Shown one piece after another: positions 1 through 8,665 of a stretch of 17,208 bases of DNA. A model generated the notes under the pieces. That model did no database searches, was not told where the DNA came from, and saw only the letters and a list, made by a program, of their open reading frames with translations. The first letter of the stretch is position 1, and each line of letters starts with the position of its first letter. Made by a program: the position numbers and the translations under genes. This stretch comes from a bacterium. GTDB lineage: Bacteria; SZUA-182; DTGQ01; JAFGSM01. The stretch spans positions 1 through 17,208 of the forward strand of contig JBLIRP010000081.1 of the NCBI GenBank assembly GCA_049472355.1, written 5' to 3'.

Positions 1-237
1 TCTCCAACCGTGGTTGTACGGGCTGTCCCAGTACTCGAAGTTATCGACGAGGATGTCTCCCTCGCCCTTAAATGGATCTTCCCAGGTCGGCACCTGGAGC
101 GGTTGACTTGAAAATGATGGAAAATTCCACAGCGGCGGGAAACCGAAACCCACCTGGGCTATGGCTGTTGATCTGACCATCACAAATGCCAAGGTCACAA
201 CCAAGCAAACCATCAAGGTTTTCATTGCATGTTTCAT
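1..237 (-). CDS. Large secreted protein, paralog A (5' part only, truncated by window edge)
   Basis: Not in the ORF track. Manual translation from ATG 237 gives MKHAMKTLMVCLVVTLAFVMVRSTAIA|QVGFGFPPLWNFPSFSSQPLQVPTWEDPFKGEGDILVDNFEYWDSPYNHGWR. GAGGTG RBS 7 nt upstream. 48/52 mature residues are identical to the 13923-16268 protein. Confidence 0.92.
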   Translation of the reverse strand, partial: MKHAMKTLMVCLVVTLAFVMVRSTAIAQVGFGFPPLWNFPSFSSQPLQVPTWEDPFKGEGDILVDNFEYWDSPYNHGWR

Positions 238-275
238 ATCTATGCACCTCGCTTTATAAGGATAATCATAGTCAA

Positions 276-668
276 TTATTGCAAAAGTGTCCACGCCAAA
301 TAGAAACTTGGATCACCGTACGAATACGTCGGATAATCGAACCGCGCATAGGGGATCGGGGTACCTGGCAAGGTGGTGTACGGGAACGTCGTCTGATATG
401 GGGACCCGAAGTACGGAAAGGTCGGAATACCGAGCGTATTGTACGCCGTGCTCACATCAGGGGTAAGGAACGGGGTGAACGGGGCAAAACCGAGCAGGTA
501 GCCGTTGATCGTGTTGAAATAGCCGTAACTAGGGTAGTAAAGCGGGTTCGTATAATAATACGATGTGGGAAAAACCTGAGCCTGAGCCATCGGTCCCATA
601 ACAAGGACAGCACCGATTGCCAGGACAGCCACAAGCACCCACATTCTCACAAACCTGAAATTATCCAT
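276..668 (-). CDS. Small secreted Tyr/Pro/Thr-rich protein, paralog A (130 aa)
   Basis: Start moved from 752 to ATG 668 because GAAGGAGAG RBS lies just upstream and the length then equals paralog B. Sec-type signal ending AQA|Q, then a 100-aa mature region 77/100 identical to 16291-16683. Confidence 0.88.
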   Translation of the reverse strand: MDNFRFVRMWVLVAVLAIGAVLVMGPMAQAQVFPTSYYYTNPLYYPSYGYFNTINGYLLGFAPFTPFLTPDVSTAYNTLGIPTFPYFGSPYQTTFPYTTLPGTPIPYARFDYPTYSYGDPSFYLAWTLLQ

Positions 669-745
669 AACCATCTCTCCTTCAATTCTAAAAGATAAAA
701 TTGAAACTACAAAACAGAAAGTTTGCAAGACCTTTGGCCTTGTTC

Positions 746-756
746 GAATCACCTCC
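746..756 (-). promoter_or_regulatory. Conserved orphan Shine-Dalgarno-like motif GGAGGTGATTC in 5' UTR of module A
   Basis: Identical 11-mer at a similar distance upstream of both small genes (78 nt here, 73 nt in B). No start codon at normal SD spacing. Confidence 0.45.
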
Positions 757-1363
757 CATCACAAGGAAAATTTGGGCTTGTCACCACGTTAACATTACAA
801 GCCGGAACCATGCTTACAAAAAGGAAAATTTCTCACCCCCTTTTTAATTCCTTAAATAATTTGAACAATATAAACACCTTTGTGTATAAATCAAAAAAGA
901 AAAAATCCAAATCCGATTGCAGATTATTATTCTCTATAGAAATTACACCCTTTAGACGAAAAAAATCGGATAAAACTTACGGCGTATTTTATGGCTGTAA
1001 TTCCCCTTTTTTTTCTTATCCCGACGCAATTATAAGGCCCGTCACAAAGGATCTCAAGACATATACATACTCATATTCTATTATATACCAAACTATTTAT
1101 TATGTAAAGGGATGAAAGAGGATTATTTTTCATATTGTTAAAAATAATAGCAAATAATAATATAATTAGAGCATAATAAACCAATAAATTTTCATTTAAT
1201 CGTAAGAAATGATTATCCGAGGATTTTTAAGTGGATTTTTAGCGGCATTTCGGAGAAATGGATGGGAACCGGCAAGGACTAAGGATGCAACCCTGGTGAT
1301 AGAAGGAGGCCGATGTATGAAAAGATGTATGAAAAAAGGAATAATGATTGCCGTGCGTTTATC

Positions 1364-1392
1364 TTGACAATCCCCTTTAATGATGGCATAAT
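1364..1392 (+). promoter_or_regulatory. Sigma70-type promoter for the rplC operon
   Basis: TTGACA (1364-1369), 17-nt spacer ending in TGn, CATAAT (1387-1392), in AT-rich DNA ~140 nt upstream of rplC. Confidence 0.7.
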
Positions 1393-1535
1393 TGATAACT
1401 TATTAATAAAAATGGAAATACGTTGTATTTTTTTACACTGTGTATCGAAAGAGAGATACGGCGAATTTCGAATCATGTAATTATCCGAATAGTCAGGTAA
1501 GGAACAGCGGAGACATTGGGAAGGAGAATCGGGCG

Positions 1536-2177
1536 ATGTCAGAGTTTTTGATGGGAAAAAAGATAGGGATGACGCAGATCCTGAAGGATAACGGGGATGC
1601 CGTCCCGGTAACGGTTATTCAGGCCGGCCCCTGTATCGTTTGCCAGAAAAAGGTGCCTGAGAAGGACCACTATTCCGCAGTACAGTTGGGCTTTGACCCT
1701 GTCAAGCAGAGCAGGGTCAACCGGCCTCGGTCGGGCCATTTCAGCAAGGCGGGCGTGCAACCCCAGCGCTTTTTGAAGGAATTTCGCGTTGTTGAATCCG
1801 AATTGGAAGGCTACGAGGTCGGCCAGGAGGTCAGGGTGGATCGGTTCAAGGAGGGGGACTACGTGGATATCACCGGTATCTCCAAAGGGAGAGGCTTTTC
1901 CGGCGTGGTCAAGAGACATAAATTTCACGGGGCGCCCGGCTCCCACGGGACCCATGACTACCATCGCCATGGAGGCTCGATCAGCAGTTCCTCTTTCCCT
2001 TCGCGCGTTTTCAAGGGGTTGAGAATGGCCGGCCGCATGGGCGGTGATCGGGTCACCGTTCAGAATCTCAAGATCGTCGAGGTTCGGCCTGAACAGAACT
2101 GCCTGATTGTGTGCGGTGCGGTCCCGGGTGCCAACAAAGGTTTTCTTGTGATCAAGAAGGCGATCAAGAAACAGTAG
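1536..2177 (+). CDS. rplC: 50S ribosomal protein L3 (213 aa)
   Basis: L3 motifs MGKKIGMTQ, VPVTVIQAGPC, YSAVQLGF, VDITGISKGRGFSGVVKRH, PSRVFKGLRMAGRMG, GAVPG. AAGGAG RBS 9 nt before ATG 1536. Confidence 0.97.
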   Translation: MSEFLMGKKIGMTQILKDNGDAVPVTVIQAGPCIVCQKKVPEKDHYSAVQLGFDPVKQSRVNRPRSGHFSKAGVQPQRFLKEFRVVESELEGYEVGQEVRVDRFKEGDYVDITGISKGRGFSGVVKRHKFHGAPGSHGTHDYHRHGGSISSSSFPSRVFKGLRMAGRMGGDRVTVQNLKIVEVRPEQNCLIVCGAVPGANKGFLVIKKAIKKQ

Positions 2178-2180
2178 CAG

Positions 2181-4274
2181 ATGCTCAAGAAACTCTTTTC
2201 CCCCCATTCTGTAGCTGTTATCGGGGCTTCCAGGGAACAAGGGAAGGTCGGTCACGAGGTTCTCAAGAATCTGATTCTGGGTGGATTCGATGGCCATATT
2301 TACCCCGTCAATCCAAAAGCGGATAAGATCCTCGGCAAACGGTGCTTTCCGGACCTTTCGGACATAAAGGGACGGATAGATTTGGCGGTGATCGTTATCC
2401 CTGCCAAATTGGTTCCCCATGCCCTGGAAAAATGCGGTGAAAAAAAGGTCCCTGCCGCTATCGTCATTTCCGCCGGCTTTAAGGAGACCGGTAAAGACGG
2501 GGCCGGTTTTGAGCGTGAGATGCTCGAATGCGCCAGGCGGAATGATATACGAATCCTGGGTCCCAATTGCCTCGGTTTGATCAACACCGATTTCCGTCTC
2601 AACGCATCCTTTTCTCCTGACATGCCTCTGCAGGGGAGCATCGGATTCTTTTCGCAGTCGGGCGCCCTGGGGACCGCGATTCTGGACTGGGCGGTCGGGG
2701 AAAAGATCGGCTTTTCCAAATTCATCAGCCTCGGCAATAAGGCGGATATCTCCGAAATCGACATTCTCCAGGTGCTGGGGGAAGACCCTCACACCAAGGT
2801 TATCCTGGGTTACCTGGAGAGCGTGGAGAATGGATCGGAATTCATCCGAATTGCCCGGGAAATCTCCAAGAAAAAACCGATCATCATAGCAAAGGCAGGC
2901 AGCACCAAGGCGGGTGCACGAGCCGCCTCCTCCCACACCGGGAGCCTGACAGGCTCCGAGGTCGCCTTCAATGCCGCCTTTAAACAGAGCGGAATCATCA
3001 GGGCCTACTCCGTGCAGGATCTCTTTAACTATGCCCTGGCATTTGCCTATCAGCCGCTTCCCACGGGAAACAGCGTGGCTATCGTGACCAATGCGGGCGG
3101 CCCCGGCATTATGGCCGCTGATGCATGCGAGCGTTTTCATCTGAACCCGGTCACCCCGAGCAAGGACATCATCGATGAGCTGGCGGGCTTTCTTCCTCCT
3201 GCAGCAGGTTTTTTTAATCCGATTGATATACTGGGAGACGCAGGTGCGGAGCGGTACGGAAAGACGCTGGATGTGGTGGTAAAGGACCGAAAGCTGGATG
3301 GCATCATCACCATCCTCACCCCTCAGGCAATGACCGAGGTCAATCAGACCGCTGAGGTCCTGGGAGAGGTGTCCATGAACATCAATAAACCCATTCTTTC
3401 ATCATTTATGGGTGCGCACAGTGTCAGGGACGGTATTGAACGGCTGGCCAAGTACAAGATCCCCAACTATATCTATCCCGAACAGGCAATAGAGGCATTC
3501 AGCAAGATGTGGGCGTATAAACAGTGGGTTGACCTGCCGGACGGCCACTACAGAAGTTTTTCCGGTGACAAGGAGCGGGTGCGCGCAGTGCTGCAGCATG
3601 CAATGCAGAATGAAACCTTGACCATGAGCGAACAGAGCGCCCGGGAGATCCTGGATGCCTACGATGTGTCCCTGCCGCGGTACGAGGTTGCCGAGACATC
3701 CGATGCCGCGGTGGAATTTGCCCGCAGCATGGGATTCCCGGTGGTGCTCAAGATCGTTTCCCCCGATATCCTCCATAAATCGGATGTGGGGGGGATACAG
3801 GTGGGGCTTCAGACCCCTGAAGAGGTGCGGCAGGCCTTCCATGACATCATCGCGCGCTGCCGCCGGTTCCTCCCCAAGGCAAATATCAGAGGAGTGGCGG
3901 TTCAGAATATGTATCAGAATGTCAGGGAGGTGATCCTGGGCATGTCCCGCGATCCGAATTTCGGCCCCCTGATCATGTTCGGCCTTGGAGGGATCTATGT
4001 CGAGGTGCTGAAGGACGTCACCTTTCGCGTCGCCCCGGTGAGCGAAGAGGACGCCAGGGGGATGATCACCGAAATCAATGCATATCCTCTATTAAAAGGG
4101 GTGAGGGGACAACGGTCTGCCGATCTGGATGCAATCGTGGAGACGATCCTGCGTCTTTCTCAGATCGCCGGTGATTTCCCCGAGATTTGCGACGCGGATA
4201 TCAATCCTTTGGCGGTGATGGAGGCAGGCGAGGGTGCAATCGCCCTGGATGCCCGGTTCACCATCTGCCATTGA
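2181..4274 (+). CDS. Acyl/acetate-CoA ligase (ADP-forming), fused alpha/beta (CoA-binding, ligase and ATP-grasp domains)
   Basis: SVAVIGAS, IYPVNP, RILGPNCLG, SQSGAL, phospho-His motif ASSHTGSL, TNAGGPG, NPIDILGDA. C-terminal ATP-grasp with PVVLKIVSPDILHKSDVGG, FGPLIMFGLGG, DINPL, LDAR. No GNAT domain seen. Confidence 0.92.
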   Translation: MLKKLFSPHSVAVIGASREQGKVGHEVLKNLILGGFDGHIYPVNPKADKILGKRCFPDLSDIKGRIDLAVIVIPAKLVPHALEKCGEKKVPAAIVISAGFKETGKDGAGFEREMLECARRNDIRILGPNCLGLINTDFRLNASFSPDMPLQGSIGFFSQSGALGTAILDWAVGEKIGFSKFISLGNKADISEIDILQVLGEDPHTKVILGYLESVENGSEFIRIAREISKKKPIIIAKAGSTKAGARAASSHTGSLTGSEVAFNAAFKQSGIIRAYSVQDLFNYALAFAYQPLPTGNSVAIVTNAGGPGIMAADACERFHLNPVTPSKDIIDELAGFLPPAAGFFNPIDILGDAGAERYGKTLDVVVKDRKLDGIITILTPQAMTEVNQTAEVLGEVSMNINKPILSSFMGAHSVRDGIERLAKYKIPNYIYPEQAIEAFSKMWAYKQWVDLPDGHYRSFSGDKERVRAVLQHAMQNETLTMSEQSAREILDAYDVSLPRYEVAETSDAAVEFARSMGFPVVLKIVSPDILHKSDVGGIQVGLQTPEEVRQAFHDIIARCRRFLPKANIRGVAVQNMYQNVREVILGMSRDPNFGPLIMFGLGGIYVEVLKDVTFRVAPVSEEDARGMITEINAYPLLKGVRGQRSADLDAIVETILRLSQIAGDFPEICDADINPLAVMEAGEGAIALDARFTICH

Positions 4275-4425
4275 TAAGAACGATCCGGTTAATCCATACG
4301 CAGGATATACACTGCCGGATTGAGAAAAGGGACCGATGCGGCAATTGATGCACACGAGGAGCGGAAAGAGGTTCCGCACGGCAATGCCTCTCGTTATTAT
4401 CATTTAATGAGAAGAGGAGAATGCG

Positions 4426-5496
4426 ATGATTTCTCTCTATATAGGATCAACGAGCCCATATTCCGGCAAGAGCCTTCTGTGTATGGGATTGGGGAGAAGG
4501 TTCGAAAAGGATGGATTGAGCATAAGCTACCTGAAGCCCTTCGGGACAACCCTGACACGGGTAGGGGACCAGATCACCGACGAGGATGCCATATTCGTGG
4601 AACGCGCCCTTTCCCTTGATGATCCCTTGGACTTGCTCTGCCCCGTGGTGGTGACCCAGGACATGATCATACAGGGGTACATGGGGAAGCTGGTCGGGCT
4701 CGAGGAGAAGGTGATGGAGGCGCATAAGAGACTTTCCCAGGATAAGGACCTCATCCTTATCGGGGGCGGCAAGAATATCTATGACGGGGCGTTTCTGGGC
4801 CTCTCCGGTGTATCGTTGGTCAAGAAGCTTAAGGCAAAGGCGATCCTGATCGACAAATATGAAGAAGACATATGCATTGACTGCATCCTCGCGGCCAAGG
4901 AGGCCCTGGGTGAGAGACTGCTCGGGGTGATCATGAACCGGGTCTCCGGGGAAAGCGAAGGCTGCCTCCGAAGACGGGCGGTTCCCTTCCTGGAGCAAAA
5001 GGGGATACCCGTGCTGGGGATTTTACCGTATGATTCCCTCCTTACCTCGGTGACGGTGAGGGAACTGGCTGATATATTGAACGGCCGGATCATTTGCTGC
5101 GAGGACCGGGTCGAGGATCTCGTGGAAAGCTTCAGCGTGGGTGCGATGAATGTGGACAGCGCCCTCAAGTATTTTCGGGCAAAAAAGAACAAGGCGGTGA
5201 TCACCGGGGGAGACCGGTCGGACATCCAGCTTGCCGCATTGCAGACCTCCACGAAATGTATCGTGCTCACCGGCGATCTGTATCCCAATGAGATCATCAT
5301 CACCCAGGCCGAGGAACGTCACGTTCCCATCATGATTGTGAAGAGGGATACCCTGAGCACCATAGAGGAGTGCGAGCGGATCCTGGGCCGGATGCGCATA
5401 AGGAATGAGCGGAAAATGCGAAGGGCCATCGACCTGGTCAAGGAGCGTATCGATTTTGAGCGCATCTATGAAAAACTCGGACTCAGCCTGGGGTGA
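4426..5496 (+). CDS. Phosphotransacetylase-N-terminal-like protein (BioD/AAA_26-like P-loop plus DRTGG domain), no catalytic Pta domain
   Basis: N-terminal STSPYSGKS P-loop, YLKPFG, GVIMNRV, VLGILP, then VGAM and AVITGGDRSDIQLAAL (DRTGG signature). GAGGAG RBS. Confidence 0.85.
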   Translation: MISLYIGSTSPYSGKSLLCMGLGRRFEKDGLSISYLKPFGTTLTRVGDQITDEDAIFVERALSLDDPLDLLCPVVVTQDMIIQGYMGKLVGLEEKVMEAHKRLSQDKDLILIGGGKNIYDGAFLGLSGVSLVKKLKAKAILIDKYEEDICIDCILAAKEALGERLLGVIMNRVSGESEGCLRRRAVPFLEQKGIPVLGILPYDSLLTSVTVRELADILNGRIICCEDRVEDLVESFSVGAMNVDSALKYFRAKKNKAVITGGDRSDIQLAALQTSTKCIVLTGDLYPNEIIITQAEERHVPIMIVKRDTLSTIEECERILGRMRIRNERKMRRAIDLVKERIDFERIYEKLGLSLG

Positions 5497-6481
5497 TTCC
5501 TCCCCTGATGCAGCCGGCCTGGGGGCACTCAATTGGGATCTCATCTACGAGCTGCCTGACCTTGCCGGGCTCACCGACCTCGGCATTTCACTTTCACCGG
5601 GCGAGGAGATACACCTGGGGCCGGACGCCCTCGATCCCTTGTTGAATCTCCTGGACCGTTACGGGAGGAAGAGGGCGGAATCCGGAGGGGGGCAGGCCGC
5701 CAATACGATTGTCGCCCTTGCAGGGATGGGATTCCGCACCCAAATGCTCGGCAAGGTCGGGAATGATCGATGGGGTGACCTGATCCTTGCCGGCCTCAAA
5801 GGGGTGGATGCCTCTACGGTGATCCGTGAGAACCGTTCAGGGACGTGCATTTCGATCCTTACCCCTGACGGGGAACGAAGCATGATCGCCTTTCCCAACG
5901 TGAACGACACCCTCGACTTTGGGGATATCGCCCAGGGGATACCGTCCGGGTGCCTGTTTTTACACCTCACCTCCTTTGCGGGCCCCCGCCCGCTGAAGGC
6001 ACAGGTCGAACTGGTGAGGCACCTTGATGCGAGAACCCTGATAACCTTCGACCCCGGCAATCTCTATGCGGGGAAGGGATTGGATCAATTGCTGCCCATC
6101 GTCGAGAGGACGTACTGCCTTTTTGCCACCGATGCTGAACTGGAGCGCATCACCGGCCTTCGGCATCCGGAGGCCGCGGCTCGAATGCTCGATCTGGGTG
6201 TGCGCATGGTGGTGTGCAAACAGGGGGCGCGGGGGGCCTATCTCCTCGATTCCAATGGGTGTCGTCAATTTCCCGCCCTTGCGGTTGAGGTGAAGGATGT
6301 GACCGGGGCGGGGGACTGCTTTGCAGCCGGATTTCTGGCCGGTCTCATTCGGGGGGAGGATCTCGGCACGTGCGGCGTGTGGGGGACACGCGCTGCCGCC
6401 TCCTGTATCATGGGCTACGGCCGGGATCGCTATCCCGGCAAGGAGATCCTGGTGAGGGAGAATCGGGGTGAGGTGTGCTGA
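5468..6481 (+). CDS. PfkB/ribokinase-family carbohydrate or nucleoside kinase
   Basis: GLGALNWD, SGGGQAANT, GKVGNDRWG, DGERSM, FDPG, KQGARG, DVTGAGDCFAAGFLAGL. Start uncertain: ATG 5468 overlaps the previous gene by 29 nt, and the ORF is open from 5405. Confidence 0.9.
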   Translation: MKNSDSAWGDSSPDAAGLGALNWDLIYELPDLAGLTDLGISLSPGEEIHLGPDALDPLLNLLDRYGRKRAESGGGQAANTIVALAGMGFRTQMLGKVGNDRWGDLILAGLKGVDASTVIRENRSGTCISILTPDGERSMIAFPNVNDTLDFGDIAQGIPSGCLFLHLTSFAGPRPLKAQVELVRHLDARTLITFDPGNLYAGKGLDQLLPIVERTYCLFATDAELERITGLRHPEAAARMLDLGVRMVVCKQGARGAYLLDSNGCRQFPALAVEVKDVTGAGDCFAAGFLAGLIRGEDLGTCGVWGTRAAASCIMGYGRDRYPGKEILVRENRGEVC

Positions 6482-6483
6482 CT

Positions 6484-7326
6484 ATGGGCACAGGACGTAC
6501 CATAGGGTGGTTTACCACGGGGAGGGATGCCGAGGCGGTGTCCCTGTTGGAGACCATTGTCGAGGGAATAGAGGAAGATGCCATCGAAGGCGAAATTGCC
6601 TACATCGCTATGAACCGGGAGCGGGGGGAGGGGACCTTCTCCGACCGGATCATCGACATGGGCCGGGAACTGGGGATCACCTGCATATGCCTTTCTTCCG
6701 ATTCCTTCGAACCCGAATTGCGCAGGAAGGGCCGTACCTCGCCGCAGATCATGGCTCAGTGGCGGCATCGGTTCCACCACGCGTTGCTGCAAAGGATGAA
6801 TGGTCACGTAGCGGATTTTGTGGTGCTGGCGGGGTACATGCTCATCGTGAGCCCTGAGATGTGCCGGGCACTGCACCTGATCAACCTGCACCCGGCCCCT
6901 CCCGGGGGCCCTGCGGGGACATGGCAGGAGGTGATCTGGAAGCTCATCCGGATGCGGGCCCGGGAAAGCGGGGTGCTCATCCACCTGGTCACCCCAGAGC
7001 TGGACAAGGGACCCCCCATCGCCCATTGCACCTACCGGATACGGGGCGGGGAGCTTGACAGGGCATGGCATGACATGGAGGCAAGGCTTGCCCGCACGTC
7101 CATCGATGCCATCATGAAGGAGGAGGGGGAGGATAATCCCCTCTTCCGGATGATCCGAAGCGAGGGGGTCCGCAGGGAGGTTCCCCTCCTTTTCGAAACC
7201 ATTCGCTGGTTGTGCTCAGGGAGATTGAAAATAGAGGATGAAAGGGTGTATTGTGACGGCCGGGAGTGTCCCGGCGGGGTATGTCTCAATCAGGAGGTGG
7301 AACGAGCCATTGCCGGCCGTTCCTGA
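6484..7326 (+). CDS. PurN-like (GAR transformylase family) formyltransferase, atypical
   Basis: VVLAGYMLI, INLHP (Asn/His) and HLVTPELDKGP (Asp) match the formyltransferase core. GAGGTG RBS 8 nt before ATG 6484. The N-terminal loop and length differ from canonical PurN. Confidence 0.78.
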   Translation: MGTGRTIGWFTTGRDAEAVSLLETIVEGIEEDAIEGEIAYIAMNRERGEGTFSDRIIDMGRELGITCICLSSDSFEPELRRKGRTSPQIMAQWRHRFHHALLQRMNGHVADFVVLAGYMLIVSPEMCRALHLINLHPAPPGGPAGTWQEVIWKLIRMRARESGVLIHLVTPELDKGPPIAHCTYRIRGGELDRAWHDMEARLARTSIDAIMKEEGEDNPLFRMIRSEGVRREVPLLFETIRWLCSGRLKIEDERVYCDGRECPGGVCLNQEVERAIAGRS

Positions 7327-7558
7327 TCCCCGCCGCATCAAAGAACGCACCATCGCGCTCCCTGCAATCACTCAATACATCGCGGGGAAGGGAAGGGGCA
7401 TCCCCCTTTCCGGAGGAAACGCTCATGCCAATTTATGGCGCCGCGAAGCATGAAAATTTGATTTTGTTTTTGGAACAAAAACTGTCAATTCAAGACCTCA
7501 CCCCAAGCCGCTGGCAAGCTTGGTTAACCGTATGGAGATGTGTTTCAGGTAGAACACC

Positions 7559-8665
7559 ATGAGAGGATCATCGATACCAGGCGGCCTTGTCGCCATTGAC
7601 TGCGAAGGCCCGCTCACCAAAAACGACAACGCCCTCGAGCTGGCCACCCATTTCATCCCCCGCGGGGATAGGCTCTTCACCCAGTTGAGCCGCTACGACG
7701 ACATCCTGGCATTCATGGTAAAACGGCCGGGGTACCGAGCCGGGAACACCCTCAAGCTGATTTGTCCCTTCATGCGGGCATTCGGCGTGGGGAACCGAGA
7801 GGTCATCGATTTTTCCGCGCATCATATCCTGATCATGCCGGGTGCGGACACGCTCCTTCAATGGATAGCCGGGCACGGTCATGGGTTCATCATCAGCACG
7901 AGCTACCGGCCCTATATCCGGGCACTGTGCGATGCAGTGGGATTCCCTTTCCGGAATACCTACTGCACCGACCTGGACCTGGAGATGGTGACCCCCTCGG
8001 GGAGTGAGTGCCGGGAGGTGCGGGCCATGGCGGAGCGAATCATTGCGCTTCCCTCATTGGATTGGGAACCCGACGTCACATCGACCGAGGGGCTCTCCCG
8101 GGAGGTGCGGGATGCCTATGCCTCCATAGACGGGATGATAACCGGAGCACTCCCGCAGACAACCCTCGGGTGCTTCCTGGAGCAGGTTGAACCCGTCGGG
8201 GGGGAGGAAAAGGCGAAGGCGGTTTCCGACAGTTGCAGGAGGACGGGGCGCCACATTGCCGAGGTGATCTACATCGGCGACAGTATCACCGATGTGGAGG
8301 CCTTTCGCCTGGTGCGGGAAGGGGGCGGGATGACCGTGGCCTTCAACGGGAACCGGTATGCCCTGGACAACGCCGAGGTGGCCTGTCTCGCTCACCATGC
8401 GGATATTCTGGCCCTCATCTGTCAGGCCTTCTGGGAACGGGGAAGGCCTGGTGTCGAAGGGCTGATAGCGGAGTGGAACTCAGGGTCCTTTTCCATTGAC
8501 CGGGTGGCATCGGATGGTCTGTTGGGTGATACGTTCGAGAAGAGGGAGCGCCACCATCCCTCATCAATGACATTCATTTCAGACAAAAACCGCCCCTCTC
8601 TGATCCGCGAGAGCGAGACGTTCAGGCGGCAGGTGCGGGGCGAGGAGATAGGGAGGCTCGGATAG
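7559..8665 (+). CDS. HAD-superfamily hydrolase, EhaR/COG4030-like
   Basis: Motif I variant IDCEGPLTKNDNA, motif II IISTSY, motif III GGEEKA, motif IV YIGDSITDVEAF, AFNGNRYA. Confidence 0.72.
   Translation: MRGSSIPGGLVAIDCEGPLTKNDNALELATHFIPRGDRLFTQLSRYDDILAFMVKRPGYRAGNTLKLICPFMRAFGVGNREVIDFSAHHILIMPGADTLLQWIAGHGHGFIISTSYRPYIRALCDAVGFPFRNTYCTDLDLEMVTPSGSECREVRAMAERIIALPSLDWEPDVTSTEGLSREVRDAYASIDGMITGALPQTTLGCFLEQVEPVGGEEKAKAVSDSCRRTGRHIAEVIYIGDSITDVEAFRLVREGGGMTVAFNGNRYALDNAEVACLAHHADILALICQAFWERGRPGVEGLIAEWNSGSFSIDRVASDGLLGDTFEKRERHHPSSMTFISDKNRPSLIRESETFRRQVRGEEIGRLG

Noticed and set aside
186..698. 170-aa Arg-rich ORF on the + strand
   Set aside because: Antisense to the small gene. Paralog divergence is synonymous in the - strand frame.
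669..752. N-terminal extension of small protein A to 158 aa
   Set aside because: The equivalent GTG in module B is out of frame. The RBS and equal paralog length support ATG 668.
1436..1470. GTATC-GAAAGAGA-GATAC hairpin in the rplC leader as a riboswitch or autoregulatory site
   Set aside because: Only a 5-6 bp stem, lacking the conserved motifs of riboswitch classes I can recognise.
723..1476. ORFs 723-1115 and 1279-1476, and the 1440 start for rplC
   Set aside because: AT-rich divergent promoter region with no RBS or motif support. L3 homology and the RBS begin at 1536.
1539..3140. 533-aa ORF on the - strand
   Set aside because: Antisense shadow of rplC and the acyl-CoA ligase, with no recognisable motifs. 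The same applies to the other short overlapping ORFs in GC-rich genes.
2181..4274. Pat/PatZ-type protein lysine acetyltransferase call
   Set aside because: No GNAT domain, and the catalytic His motif is intact, which favours a true ADP-forming ligase.
4283..4395. Short hairpins between the ligase and DRTGG genes (ATCCGG/CCGGAT, GCGGAA/TTCCGC, ACGAG/CTCGT)
   Set aside because: Short stems, no U-tail and no match to a known RNA family. Could arise by chance.
7384..7490. G/C hairpin and TTTTGTT-N5-AACAAAA palindrome between the formyltransferase and HAD genes
   Set aside because: The hairpin has no U-tract, and the palindrome is low-complexity and not repeated in the window.
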